The notes under the pieces: model-generated
The model's input: the letters and a program-made list of their open reading frames with translations, nothing else
Databases searched by the model: none
Told to the model about the DNA's origin: nothing
Part shown: positions 49,976 to 63,312 of the stretch, one piece after another
Numbering within the stretch: the first letter of the stretch is position 1
Layout of the letters: every line of letters starts with the position of its first letter
Translations under genes and position numbers: made by a program
Origin: Heterodontus francisci
Taxonomy: Eukaryota
Assembly: GCF_036365525.1 (NCBI RefSeq)
Contig: NC_090410.1
Location: 12,754,062 to 12,818,061 of the forward strand
Length of the DNA stretch: 64,000 nt
Reading direction: 5' to 3'

Positions 49976-50867
49976 GTAAATTGGTTACCATGGAAATCAA
50001 AATGGGCGGAAGGCAGTATTAAGCCCATGTTGCCTCCTGCCCTAATTTGCCACTTATATTCGGGACGTCCAAAGATTCCTTCTGGGGGAAAAAATTGGGA
50101 ATGTGGGAAAAAGACTATTTTAGTTAGAACCAACAGGCCTATTCCTTTCTGATTGATGACAACCTCAGCCCCATCCTACTCTTTCACCATATCCCAAATC
50201 CTCGCTTCCCCAGAAGTTGCTTTTTCAATCCATTTGGTACTATTTGTCTCACTGATCTTCCTGGTGTCCTGGCCAACATTCCTCCCCCACCCAATAACAC
50301 CACAAACAAGACAGTCCGATGATTCATTTCCTTGCTGTCTGTGGAATCTCCTTGTGCACAAAATGGCTGCTGCACTGGCCTACGTGGCCAACAGTGACAA
50401 TGTTTCAAAGCAATTCATTGTACATGTGGCAGGTTGAGTTATTTCCCAGAGATTGTGTCAACATGTTATATAAGCACTGCCTTTATGCCGTACAATGTAT
50501 TCCAAATTTCTGTTTTGCACCCTATCTACTGTAAGTTTCCTAAAATGTCTTGTATTTTTTTTTTAAACCTTTGTTAGTCTGAAGGATTTGCAGGCAATAT
50601 CTGATCCATCCCCTTCATAAGTTTGCAAAGCTCTAGGAGAAAATGTCTGAACCCAGGGAGGAGGTGGCAATGGCCACCTGAAAGCAATGGCAATGGACAT
50701 TTCAATCCTGAGCTCAAACACATGACCCACCTGTGGCTGCCCATTGGGTGGTGTTGATGGATAATGTGGGGGGTCAGGGAAGGCACCTCTGCCACTCTCA
50801 GCCCAAGCAGGTTAAGTTGAAGCAAGAGAACTGAGCAGAAGAATTCAGCCTGACAGCCCCATTACCC

Positions 50868-51218
50868 AATACTGAGGGAGTGCAGCACTACTGGAGGTGA
50901 TGTCTTTCAGATGAGACCTTAAACCGAGGCCCCCGTCTGCTCTCTCAGGTGGACATAAAAAATCCCCCGTGACACTATTTGTAGGAGAGCACAGGAGTTC
51001 CCCCAGTGTCCTGGCCAACATTTATCCCTCAACCAACACCTTAAACAGATAACTCGGCCATTATCACATTGCTGTTTGTGGGAGCTTGCTGTGCGCAAAT
51101 TGGCTGCTGTGTTTCCTACATTACAACAGTGACTACATTTCAAAGGGAGTTCATTGGTTGTAAAGCGCTTTGGGATGTCCTGGTGTGGTGAAAGGTGCTA
51201 TAGAAATGCAAGTCTTTC
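50868..51218 (+). mobile_element. Deu-domain SINE (SacSINE1-like); further copies at ~45628-45925, 52290-52540, 53590-53955 and 59985-60385
   Basis: ACTGAGGGAGTGC...TCTTTCAGATGAGAC.TTAAACCGAGGCCCC core; tail GAAAGGTGCTATAGAAATGCAAGTCTTTC. Confidence 0.75.
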
Positions 51219-51877
51219 CGTCGTAATCATTCTTTATTAACTCGGACATTGTTGGGAAAATGGTAAAAGTGAACCGACACACAAATCTATCGATTCACCT
51301 CCTCTGTACTCCACCACACGCCAATAAATTAAGAGTTTGTTGCTATCCACTTGATCCAATGACAAGTAAATTGACTGTGATATTAACCCACAGTTGGTGG
51401 AAGATTAACATTAAATTACACGGAAATTACACCAAGACAGGCCATTCAGCTTATCCAGTGGTCTTTATCCTCCACTGGAGCAGTGTCCTAATCCCATGTG
51501 CCTTCCCTGTTCCCATATCCCTTTCCTTCACCACCTGACTAACCTATTCTTAAATACTCGCATGGTCTCTGCTTCAATCACCAACTCCACAGTGGGTTCC
51601 AAAGCCTCACGAACCTGCTGTGCAAAAAAAAAGGTTTCCCTTGTTTTTGTTCACAAACTTTTACACTTAATCCTTCAACTTTATTCCCTTGATCTAGGTG
51701 ACAGGAGTTGGGAGAGGGCTTCAGAAACCCTCCCCACATAACCATCTAGTGGCTGGAGCCTGCAACTACATCATGACAGTTGACATAGCAATTCACAATG
51801 GGAAAAGTTGAGTTAAAAACATGACCAAGATCCTGATAACAGGGAGTGTGCTTATGCAAGATTTTCAATGATCTGCT

Positions 51878-52085
51878 TCTGTTTAAATTGAATGTTGAAC
51901 TGGTTAAGAGGGATGTTGAACTGGCTGTGATGGGCGTTGGACTGGGTAAACTGGATGTTGCATTGTGTGAGTGGAGTATTGGACTGGACAATTTGGATGT
52001 TGGACTGAGAGAGTTGGATGCTGGACTGGGTGAGTTGGATGTTGGAGTGTTTAAGTTGACTGGATGAGTTGGAAGCTGAGCTGAG
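51878..52085. repeat. Degenerate 21-bp minisatellite (GGATGTTGGACTGGGTGAGTT)
   Basis: GATGTTG(G/A)ACTG recurs with ~21-bp spacing. Confidence 0.8.
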
Positions 52086-54174
52086 GTAACGAAGAGATTA
52101 TGTGATCAAGTCCTGAAACAGGGTTTGAACCCATCATCTTTTGACTTAGAGGCATGAGTACTAGCACTGAGCCTCAGCTGACAGTTACATTAACTGCTTG
52201 TTTGCCCAGTCCTTGCCTGTGGGATCTTGTTGAATGGAAATCATGCCCTGAATTTGTCTACTTAACAATCGAGTTCTCGTCTTTCCTCTTGTGGATGTAA
52301 AAGATCCCACAGCAATATTTTAAGAGAGAGCAGAGGAGTTCTCCCCAGTGTCCTGGACAATATTTATCCCTCAACTAACATCACTAAAATAGATGATCCG
52401 GTCATTATCTCACTGCTGTTTGTGGCAGCTTGCTGTGCACAAATTAGCTGCTGCGTTTCTGACAACAGTGACTACACTTCAAATGTACTTCATTGGCTGT
52501 AAAGCACTGTAGGATGTCCTGGGGTTGTGAAAGCCACTATTTAGTAACTCTGTGCATGGGGGAACTTAGATTTGTCTGCAACGTGATTAGAGAATTAAGT
52601 CTCTCACTCAGCATTAAATTCACCTCGATTATCTCTCCAATGCTGTTGAATTTTACAATAATTTCCTCATTATTCACTCCTGTGAAGTAAAGCAATAATC
52701 CACATGATTGAAACAATTAGGATTTATTTTAATTAGTTCCCTTGGGATTAGAGTAACATTAGGTAGAAATCTACAGCATCCAAAACCAACAAAATCCTTT
52801 TTGCATTTTATAAATAGCACAGAGTGAGAAAGAGAAACAGAGAGAGAAAGAGAGAAAAATGGAGAGAGAAGGGAGAGATAGAAGGATGCAAGACAAAGAC
52901 AGACATAGAGAAACAGAAAGGGAGGGAGAGATGGGAAGATGGATGGAGAGAAACAGAGAAAAATGAAAAGAGAGACAGGGATGCAGAGAGAGAAAAACAG
53001 AAATGGTGAGAGACTGGGATGCAGAGAGATGGAGCAAGAGAAGGGAGAAAGAGATAGCGAGAGACAGCAACAGAAAGAACCAGAGAGGGAGAGAGATGTT
53101 GAGGGGGAAGGTTGAAGAGATACAGAAAAAGAGATGGGGAGAGAGGGATATGAAGAGAGGAGAGATAGAGAGAGGTAAAGAGAAAGAGACAAAGAGAGAG
53201 AGTGATGAAGAGACAGAGAGAGAGTCATCTTGGACTGGATGGACGTTAATGGATATAATGAGTGGGTTGGCAAAGAGTCACAGGCTAGGAAAGGCTCAGG
53301 TATAATCCACAACTTCGTGAACCTTAGCCAGGGTTGAACTTGGATGCTATGAATGGCCTCAGCATCCCTTGGACTGGGAAAGTAGAAATAACTGACCCTG
53401 ATCCACTGGCATTTGCTGGTAACAGTAGACACGTGCGTACATCAGGGTGTGCTGCCCCCACAGTTGAAAACCCCGCCAACACAAATGTCCACAGGCAGCT
53501 CCTAATATCTCAATGTTACCGAGTCAACCATTGCTTGAAGCTCCCAGTGAGACGGTTGGTGACTGTCATAAAATTGTGTATTTGAGCCTCACTCCAGGGA
53601 CATGAGCATAAAATCTGGGTTTGACATTCCAGTGCAGTACTGAGGGAGTGCTGCACTGTCAGTAGGTGCCGTCTTTCAGATGGGACATTAAACCGAGGCT
53701 CTGTCTGCTCTCCCAGATGGATATAAAGAATCCCAAAGCACTATTTTGAAGATCAGGGGCGTTCCCCCCAGTATCCTGGCCAATATTTATCTCTCAACCA
53801 ACATCCTTAGAGCAGATTATCTGGTCTTTATCACATTGTTGTACGTGGGTGCTTGCTGTGTGTAAATTAGCTGTGGTGTTTCCTACTTTACAACTTCAAA
53901 AGTACTTCATTTGGGACGACTTGAGGTCATGAAAGGTGACAAATAAATTCAAAGCTTTATTTTAATTATGAATACTTTACCAAGCTTGGCTTAGTTGCTG
54001 GCAGTCTGACCTTTGAGTCAGTAAGTTGTGGTTTTAAGCCCATACCAGCAGTTCAGTACTGAGGGTATGCCATCCTGCCAGAGGAGCAATTCATTAAAGA
54101 TTGCCAGCTCTGGTTGGACATATTCTTGGAGGTTACAGCACAATAGTTCCATGGATGAGTGACTTAATTTACAA

Positions 54175-55096
54175 CAGGATTGTCCAACATACGGCCCGCG
54201 GCCCAGGATCCGGCCCGCCAGTGTAAACTGTACCCAGGGCTGTTCCTCATCCTCGCAAGGGTTTTGTGACTGGAGATGGGAAATTTCCCTTTGTCTTCTT
54301 CTTGCAGACCGGCCTTTTTAAAAAACATCGCGCTGTCCGTTTCACAGCTGACAGCTGCTGAAGCAGGAACGCGCTTCCCAACTGCGGACAGATTCTGGGT
54401 TTCTGGGCTTTTCAAAAAATTCGGAAAAGCCCAAATCTGTCCGAAGTTGGGAAGCGCATACCTGCTTCAGCAGCTGTCAGCTGTGAAACTAACAGTGCGA
54501 TGTTTTTAAACAAACTGACCAATCACAAAGCTGCTGTGCTGAGTGCTCCCGCTCCCTGCAATTGTCACAGAGGGGGAGGGAACAAAAATAGGGGGGGGGG
54601 GAACCAAGAGAGAGGGGCAGACAGAGAGAGAGGGAGACAGAGAGAGAGAGAGAGAGGGAGACAGAAAGAAAGAGTGGGGGGGACACAGAGTGAGGACGAC
54701 ACAGAGAGGAGGTAGCAACACAGAGAGGGGGTGATCACAGGGAGAGAGAGAGAGACAAAGCGAGAGATCAAGATCACTCCTGACAGATGGACATCTATAT
54801 GAATACTCCACATCACTACAAGTGTGCAGGCAAATGTTGACTACTTGTGCAAGCAAAAAAATGCCAGGCATCACACTAAATCAGTGTCCAACATAGTGAT
54901 GAGAAAGTAAGTCAATAATCTGCTCATTTAAAGCTTCTTCACAAAAATGCCCATTTGTTGTTGTTTTGATCACTAGTAAAATAACTTTTTAATGCCTTTA
55001 TCTTTCCGAAATTGTTTCACTGGCCCCCCCCCCCCACCCCATATAAGACAAAAATTGTAATGTGGCGCCCCCAAGTGAAAAAGTTGGACAACCCCT
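54175..55096. mobile_element. Non-autonomous hAT-Charlie-like element with internal palindrome
   Basis: TIRs CAGGATTGTCCAAC / GTTGGACAACCCCT; perfect 8-bp TSD ATTTACAA (54167-54174, 55097-55104); inserted in a CR1 fragment that resumes at 55097-55515. Confidence 0.88.
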
Positions 55097-56142
55097 ATTT
55101 ACAAGGATAGATTGGCAAAGCTGGGGATGTTCTCCTTAGGGAAGAGAAGGTAGAGGTGTTCAAAACCATGAGGGGTCTGGACAGGGTAGATATGCAGAAA
55201 CTGTACCCATTGGTGAAAGGGTTGAGAACCAGAGGACACTGATTTAAGCTGATTGGCAACAGGAGCAATGGCGACATGAGGAAAAATGATTTCACGCAGC
55301 GAGTGGTTAGGATCTGGAATGCACTGCCTGAGAGTGTGGTGGAGGCAGATTCAATTGTGGCTTTCAAAAGGGAACTGGATAGTTATCTGAAGAGAAAAGA
55401 TTTGCAGAGCTAAGAGGGAATGGGACTAGCTGAGTTGCTCTCACAGAGAGCTGGCACGGACATGAATTGGCTGAATGGCTTCCTTCTGTGCTGTAACCAT
55501 TCTATGATGCTATGTCATGATCTGAAGTCCCTACACTCCCAATATTGGTCATCCAACATGCCCATCCTCATATGTCAAATGGAAAGTGAACAGACTGTTC
55601 ATTACCCAATTACCCTATATCCATCAGATGATATGTTAAACCTGTTGATATAAGAGTAGAAAGCTCTCCCAAGTGTCCTGGTCAGCACTGCATTCCACCA
55701 GAAACAGATTAGCTGCTCCTGCATCTCATTTTCTAGTTGCGGGATCATGATGTGTACAAATTGACTGTTATTTACCTGGAAAACAAGTCTCTGCAGTAAT
55801 TAATTGGCTACAAAATGCTTTGGGCTGTCCTGAAGAGGTGGTAAGATTCTATGTAAATGCTTTACCTTCTTGCTATAAAATCTTTGAAACTATTGCTATT
55901 CTACTCAAAACCTTGCTTAGATTATGCTCTTCCTGTCTGCAAACGTTACTTCCCATAACATTGTCAAGCTTTCTAAGCCATGAATGCAGAGTTTCCCATC
56001 ACAGGTTGTTGAACCAAATCACTTAAGTTGATTCTGATGGGGTGTCTCCTTTAACACCTCACTATTGGCGACTGTATTTTCAGCCACCTAAGCCTCACGC
56101 TCTCGAATACCCTTTCTAACCTCTCCCCCTCCCTTCCTTCAA

Positions 56143-57168
56143 GAACATAAGAACTAGGAGCAGGAGTAGGCAATTCAGCCCCTCGAGCCTGCTCCGCCAT
56201 TCAATACGATCATGGCTGATCTCATCTCAGCCTCAACTCCACTTTCCTGCCCGTTCTCCATAACCCTTCAACCCATTACTAATTAAAAATCGGTCCATCT
56301 CTTCCTTAAATTTACTCAATGTCCCGGCATCCACCGCACTCTGGGGTAATGAATTCCACAGACTCACGACCCTTTGAGAGAAGTAATTTCTCCTCATCTC
56401 TGTTTTAAATCTGCTACCCCTTATCCTAAAACTATGACCTCTCGTTCTAGATTGCCCCACCAGAGGAAACATCCTCTCTACATCTACTTTGTCAATACTC
56501 TTAATCATCTTATATACCTCAATTAGATCTCCTGTCATTCTTCTAAACTCTAGAGAGTAAAAGCCTAAACTGCTCAATCTCTCTTCATAAGACAAACCCC
56601 TCATTCCTGGAATCAATCTAGTGAACCTCCTCTGAACTGCCTCCAATGCAACTACATCCTTCCTCAAGGGGACCAAAACTGTACCCAATACTCCAGGTGC
56701 GGTCTCACTAATGCCTTGTACAGTTGCAGCAACACTTCCCTTCTTTTATACTCTATTCCTTTAGCAATAAATGCCAAAATTCCATTTGCTTTCCTTAATA
56801 CCTGCTGCACCTGCATACCGGTTTTCTGCGATTCATGCATGAGGACACCCAGATCCCTCTGCACCGAAGCATTTTGAAGTTTCTCTCCCTTTAGATAATT
56901 TTGCCTTTCTATTCTTCCGACCAAAATGGATAACCTTACACTTATCCACGTTAAAACTCCATTTGCCAAATTTTGGCCCATTCACCGAACCTATCCATAT
57001 CCATTTGTAAATTTCTTATTTCTTTATTGCAACTTACTATCCCACCTATTTTAGTGTCATCTGCAAATTTGGCTATCGTACCTTCATCCCTGCATCCAAG
57101 TCATTAATATAGATTGTAAATAGTTGGGGCGCGAGGACCGAATCCTGTGGCACCCCACTAGTTACATC
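56143..57168 (-). mobile_element. CR1 LINE ORF2 3' part
   Basis: QRDLGVLMHES...RPHLEYWVQFWSP; LEAVQRRFTRLIPGMRGLSYEERL. Confidence 0.92.
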
Positions 57169-57263
57169 TTTAAGACCCTCCTTAAAACCCACCTCTTTGA
57201 CCAAACTTCTGGTCACCCTTTCTCAATATCTACTTCTTTGGCTTGACATTTATGCTCCAGTAA

Positions 57264-57617
<354 letters not shown>

Positions 57618-57726
57618 TGAGAACAGATCGCATAAACTTGGGTTTTGTTCCATGGAATCTAGAAGGTTGTGGGGGGCGATCTAGCCGAGGTGTTTAATAT
57701 GATTAAAGCACTCGATACGGTAGAAA

Positions 57727-58436
57727 CAGTGGCGCAGTGGTTAGCACCGCAGCCTCACAGCTCCAGCGACCCGGGTTCAATTCTGGGTACTGCCTGTGCG
57801 GAGTTTGCAAGTTCTCCCTGTGTCTGCGTGGGTTTCCTCCGGGTGCTCTGGTTTCCTCCCACATGCCAAAGACTTGCAGGTTGATAGGTTAATTGGCCAT
57901 TATAAATTGCCCCTAGTATAGGTAGGTGGTAGGGAAAATATGGGCGGCACAGTGGCGCAGTGGTTAGCACCGCAGCCTCACAGCTCCAGGGACCTGGGTT
58001 CGATTCCGGGTACTGCCTGTGTGGAGTTTGCAAGTTCTCCCTGTGTCTGCGTGGGTTTTCTCCGGGTGCTCCGGTTTCCTCCCACAAGCCAAAAGACTTG
58101 CAGGTTGATAGGTAAATTGGCCATTATAAATTGTCACTAGTATAGGTAGGTGGTAGGGAAATATAGGGACAGGTGGGGATGTTTGGTAGGAATATGGGAT
58201 TAGTGTAGGATTAGTATAAATGGGTGGTTGATGTTCGGCACAGACTCGGTGGGCCGAAGGGCCTGTTTCAGTGCTGTATCTCTAATCTAATCTAATATAG
58301 GGACAGGTGGGGATGTGATAGGAATATGGGATTAGTGTAGGATTAGTATAAATGGGTGGTTGATGGTCGGCACAGACTCGGTGGGCCGAAGGGCCTGTTT
58401 CAGTGCTGTATCTCTCTCTCTCTCTCTCTCTCTAAA
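57727..58436 (+). mobile_element. Two HE1-like V-SINEs, one (57941-58296) nested in the other
   Basis: Outer copy breaks at GGTAGGGAAAATAT and resumes at AATATAGGGACAGG; the two tails differ, (CTAAT)n versus (CT)n. Confidence 0.88.
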
Positions 58437-58926
58437 CTCTGCTGGGAGAATTCCAGAAAAAAGGGGTGCAATCTTAAAATTAGAACAAAACCATTCAAGG
58501 TTGAAGTCAGGCTGCAGTTTTTCCACACAGTGTAGTGGAAATCTGAAATTCTCTTCCCCCATAAGTCTGTGGATGCCAATTGGGGCTTTCAAGACAGATT
58601 GATAAGAATTTTATTAGGAACAATATCAAGAGATTTGGAGCAAAGGCAGGTAAATGGAGTTGAGGTACTTAATTGGAAATTATTGAGTCATAGAGTCAAT
58701 CTAGTTCAATGATAGAACTGACTCAAGGGGCTGAATGGTCTACTCCAGTTCTTATGTTCCCAGCTACCTGGGATGGAAGCAGCGATCACAACCATTGAGG
58801 GGTTTGAGTTTAATTTTTTTTTTTGTGAGAAATTGAGCAGTGCCATCTTTAGTACTGCCAGCTGCCTGAGATGTCACAGACAGTGATGTTTCAGTGGATG
58901 AGGCTGCATTTGTGCATGTGCCAGTA

Positions 58927-58945
58927 CCGCGCCACCTAGTGGTTG
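58927..58945 (-). promoter_or_regulatory. CTCF-like binding motif in the last TMEM91 intron
   Basis: rc CAACCACTAGGTGGCGCGG. Confidence 0.55.
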
Positions 58946-59443
58946 CATCGTCAGCAAACGCAGTCAGTGTGTTTAATACTCCACGGCAGTGTGGAGTAGC
59001 AGTAATTAAACATGTTGTAATCTCCTCCAGCTCTACAATCCTTGGAGGTCTCTGTACTCCTCCAGTCTGGCCTCTTGTGCATCCCCGATTTTCATCGCTC
59101 CACCATTGGCTGCCGAGCCTCCAGCTGCCTAGGCCTGAAGCTCTGGAATTCCCTCCCTCAACTTCTCCATCTCTCTCTCCTTTTAAGACACTTCTTAAAA
59201 GTGACAATTGTCCTCATAGTGACCGTGTGTCCTAATCTCTCCTTATGGGGCTCAGTGTCAAGTTTTTAGCCTTCAGTGAAGTACCATGGGATGTTTTAAC
59301 TACATTAACAGTGCTATGTAAATGCAGGCCTTTGATAGATCATGAGTTTTAAATATCTTAACATCTCATTAGAACAATTAACTTTGGCTACTTCACTGCT
59401 TTATTCTTTGGTACAATTAACCTTCTAATCTTGTGCTCTCCAG

Positions 59444-59602
59444 ACCAGCAAAGCCACAGCCCAAGGGGATTATAGGCAGGCCATCTCAGCCTCCAGGAAA
59501 GCTCTGTGTACAGCCATCTCCTCCATTGCCCTTGGGGTTTGTATGTACGTGGGAGCAGTGGTGGCTCTGGCAGTCTACATGTCAAAGAATGGCCACTCAT
59601 AG
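59444..59602 (+). CDS. TMEM91: TMEM91 last coding exon
   Basis: ctccag|ACC; TSKATAQGDYRQAISASRKALCTAISSIALGVCMYVGAVVALAVYMSKNGHS*; this frame is absent from the ORF track; total protein 150+50+52=252 aa. Confidence 0.93.
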   Translation, partial: TSKATAQGDYRQAISASRKALCTAISSIALGVCMYVGAVVALAVYMSKNGHS

Positions 59603-59872
59603 TGCCAAGTCCCGAGCAGATGTCAACCTCCAGAGGCACCAATCTCCACAGGCCACCAAGACTCAGAGGAGACGCTCGTCGGACATCTGTCGGACTCCTG
59701 CAGGGCAGAGATACGGGACACCCAGCAGGAGAATCATCAACCATCTGACTAAAGGTGACCAACACTCTTGTCCATCAGGGTCTGACCAGAGGCTGCCGGT
59801 CGAGCTGCTGTTTATGGAACGTGTTGTCACACATCGTGTCACAACAATTTCACTGTACGGACAATTGGTTCA

Positions 59873-59883
59873 ATTAAAATAAA
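59873..59883 (+). terminator. TMEM91 polyadenylation signal
   Basis: Overlapping ATTAAA/AATAAA about 275 nt after the stop, just before repeats resume. Confidence 0.65.
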
Positions 59884-60884
59884 CAGAAGATTCCACTTTG
59901 GGGGCGCCTGGACTAAATCAGGGATCAGAATTGTGACTCTAATGCTGCATGGTAATTAATTGTCTTTGAGTTTAAAAGCTCTGGTCATGGGTTCCGGTCC
60001 CACTCCAGAGATTTGAGCACATAAGCCAAGGCTGGTACTCCCAATGCAGTTCCTGAGGGAGTGCTGCACTGTTGGAGCTGCCATCTTTCAGATGAAACAT
60101 TAAACCGAGGCCCCGCTTGCCCTCGCAGCTGGACATGAAAGATCCCATGGCACTATTTGAAGAGCAGGGGAGTTCTCACCAGTGTCCTGGCCAATATTTA
60201 TGCCTCAACCAACATTGCAAAAACAAATTTATCTGGTCGTCATCGCATTGCTGCTTGTGGGACTTGCTGTGCACAAATCGGCTGCTGTGTTTCCTACATT
60301 ACAATAGCGACTACACTTAAAGTACTTCAGTGGCTGTAAGGTGTGTTGGGACATCCCGAGATCATGAAAGGTGCCACAGAAATTTCTTTGTACAGCCGTT
60401 CAGGGAATGGGAGCCAATGTGGGTCAGGGAGGATGGGGTTGAAGAGGGTAGAGTTGGGGGGGAAAAGAGTTCCCTTGCAAATGTCTGGCAGCCAAAGTAA
60501 AACATCAAGGCTTTTGTCTCTTGCAGTAAAGTGAGAAGCCCCAAACTCTTCTCGGACAAAGAACACTGAATGCTGCCCCACAGATTCAGCCGTACTCCTT
60601 TTAAAGTTCGTGGCAGCCAGAAACACACTCATTGCATTGAAGATAACACTCGCTTGCTGCTGCTAATCACTTTAAACAGACTGAAGGAACCAAGGTAAGT
60701 ATGAGAACTAAAAGCTTTCGGAATCAGAGTCTGGATGATGCCTACTTAAATAATGGCGGGGAAGGGAATAAAGAACTGGCCAATTTAAATATTTGAACAC
60801 AAAGCATTGAGAAATGTTTTCAGCAAATTTAAGGAGAAACCTGACAGCAACCACACTCTGCAGCTTAACATTGCACAAGTTACT

Positions 60885-61475
60885 TAATTCATTCTTGGGA
60901 TGTGGGCGTCATTGACAAAGCCGGTATTTATCGCCCAATCCCTAGTTTTCCTTCAGAAGGAGATAGTGAACTTCCTTCTTGAACTGCCACAGTCCCTTGT
61001 GGGGGTACACCTCACAATGCTGTTAAGCTTGGGGTTCTAAGATTTTGACCCAATAACGATGAATGATACATGTCCAAGTCATAGTGGTGTGGGACTTGGA
61101 GGTGGCGGTATTTCCATACAGCTGCTGCCCTTGTCCTTCTAGATAGCAGAGGTGCTGCGGAAGAAACCTTGGTGAGTTGCTGCAGTGCATCTTGTATGTG
61201 GTACACACCGCAGCCACTGTGCACCGCTGGTGGAGGGAGCGAACGTTTAAGGTGGTGGACGGGGGTCCCAATCAAGCAATAATATAAAAGGCAAAATACT
61301 GCGGATGCTGGCAATCTGAAATAAAAACAAAGTGCTGGAAATACTCAGCAGGTCAGGCGGCACCTGTGAAGAGAGAAACAGAGTTAACATTTCAGCTCTG
61401 TGACCTTTCATTAGAATGCCAATCAAGCGAGTTGCTTTGTCCTGAAGGATCGAGTTGCTGGAACTGCACTGAGTA
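60885..61475 (-). mobile_element. LINE 3' fragment (same family as 36549-37223) interrupted by a Penelope terminal fragment at ~61285-61416
   Basis: SLHQRCTVAAVCTTYKMHCSNSPR; insert ATACTGCGGATGCTGG...GAGTTAACATTTCAG. Confidence 0.75.
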
Positions 61476-62582
61476 CCCACCATAATTATTGGCAGTGCTC
61501 CCAAACTCAACTTCACAGCCAGACGCTAGGGTACTGAACTAAACAGACTGGAAAGATCCCAGGTTTCATTCCTGATCTGGGGGTGGTGTCAGAGGATAAG
61601 GATGATCAGGCAGAGGGATTGCTCTGGAATGTGGTTTAGTGACTCCTGATAGAAAGTGAACGTGTGGACTTATTTTTTAATTTAAAGAAAGAATTTTCAT
61701 TTCTATTGCGTTTTTCATGATCTCAGGACATCCCAAAGTACTTCACAGCCAAGAAAATATGTTTTTAAGTGTAGACACTATTGTAATGTAGGAAATGTGG
61801 CAACTAGTTTGTGCACAAGCACCCACAGCACAGGATACAATGTAAGTTATAATTTTCCCCATCAACATAACCAGGGCAGGTTCTGCTGTAATCACCCTAC
61901 ACTCAGCACATCATTAGGCCTCAAACACTTGGGAGACACTGGAAGTTGGGCCAGGGGGAAGATTTTTAATTTATACACGAATCACCCTACACTTGTGTTA
62001 TACCGAGGGCAGATACAGCAGAGGCAAGATACAGAGTAAAGCTCCCCCTACATTATCCCATGGGCATACCATTCAGTGCTAACCTGTCACCTATTGGTCT
62101 CAGTTGCAGAGCCCAGGTAACAGGGGCAGTACTGCCCAGCACAGTGAAGATACTGATACTGGTTGCCTGAATCTTCAGACTTCTTTCAGATTAGCTTTCG
62201 AAGCATTGGTTCGTTGCTGTGATCAGCAGGTACCTGATTGAGGGGGCTGATTTGGTCGATAGTAAGCTTCACCTTGTTCACAACTCACACTACTCAACCC
62301 TGATCTTAGACGCACAAACTGTCCCACTTTCACCTTCACCGGTTTCAAAAAGACCCACTGGTCCATCTCCTCTGCTCCATACAGTTGCAATGTCCTATGC
62401 ATCATATACAGACCCCCAGGGAGGGTCAGCGCCCCAGGGCAACCCATACCCCAGAGAGATGGAACCAGATTTTTACGTGTTTTAACCACTATTTACCACT
62501 AACTGTCCTGTTTGATCTGAAGGGACATTGCTGGAAAATGGGAAATGAGCATGGAACCAACTAAAATTCATTAGCATCAAAT

Positions 62583-62588
62583 TTTATT
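62583..62588 (-). terminator. Candidate EXOSC5 polyadenylation signal
   Basis: AATAAA on the minus strand about 300 nt after the stop. Confidence 0.55.
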
Positions 62589-62888
62589 TTTTAAAAAATA
62601 GGGTTCCTCTTCCTGACTCTCAGATACATGCTTAGCGGGTATTTGGCACATTTCACGTACTAAGTCAGACTGCTGGGACAGCTGTGAAGTGCCCTGTCTC
62701 TCAGACACTCACCAGCTCAGAATACCCGCTATCTAAAGGATCGACCTATGGTTACCGCGCAGGGCTCAGAACCACGGTACAAGCAAAGCACAACCACTGC
62801 TCTCCACCAGAGATTGTCTGTTGGCCTTCGTTCTAAATATGACAGGACTTGGCCCATGAAGACCCTTTGCACACTGCTGCTCCCATCT

Positions 62889-62987
62889 CTATTCGCGCAG
62901 TTTTGAGTACTTCCTGCTCACCGAATCCCTGTAAAACTGGAAGATCTTCTCTGCGGCTTTCTGGCACATTGCAACACACTGCTGGAG
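62889..62987 (-). CDS. EXOSC5: Exosome component 5 (RRP46), last coding exon; rest of gene lies beyond the window
   Basis: tttttacacag|CTC; LQQCVAMCQKAAEKIFQFYRDSVSRKYSKLRE*, matching the recalled EXOSC5 C-terminus ([30 protein letters not shown]); syntenic position. Confidence 0.9.
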   Translation of the reverse strand, partial: LQQCVAMCQKAAEKIFQFYRDSVSRKYSKLRE

Positions 62988-63191
62988 CTGTGTAAAAAGA
63001 CAAGAGCATTAGCGACAGCATGGAGAATGCCTCATACCTCCCTCCCAGAAATGGGATCTGTGCATTTAAACACTGAATGTTGTTGGGAAGGCAGGGACCA
63101 ATTAACCCAAAACCATTACAGACAGACCATTCGACACAACAGCTCCATGCCTGCCCACCCCCATCTCTGAAATCTCCTCCAGCCCTATAAC

Positions 63192-63312
63192 TAACGTTCC
63201 CTATAAGCTGCGCAGCCACCCAGACATTCCTGCGCAGGCCGAGGACAAGTTACTGCGCATGCACAGCCGCGCAAAGAAGTTTATAGGACCCGCACACTTC
63301 AATGAAACTTTG
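63192..63312. mobile_element. Short hAT MITE in an L2-type fragment
   Basis: Perfect 8-bp TSD CCTATAAC (63184-63191, 63313-63320); left end TAACGTTCCCTATAAGCTGCGC resembles 20938. Confidence 0.7.

Noticed and set aside
49976-50152. C-terminal part of the 208-aa ORF 49526..50152
   Set aside because: Lies past the CAG|GTAAAT donor; family similarity continues in the exon at 57426
51846-52067. Heptad (LDVGLGE) coiled-coil-like ORF
   Set aside because: Product of a 21-bp minisatellite in an intron; no convincing splice sites or homology
52674-53432. 252-aa Ser/Leu/Phe-rich ORF (and 43186..43746)
   Set aside because: Translation of GA/CT low-complexity tracts
54330-54362. REST/NRSE half-sites (GCGCTGTCC ... 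TGCTGAA; also TTCAGCACC at ~21712)
   Set aside because: Non-canonical spacing or single half-site; the first lies inside a transposon palindrome
59433-59882. 149-aa ORF and overlapping ORFs
   Set aside because: Wrong frames over the TMEM91 last exon and 3'UTR
62833-63219. 128-aa minus-strand ORF
   Set aside because: Alternative frame over the EXOSC5 last exon and intron
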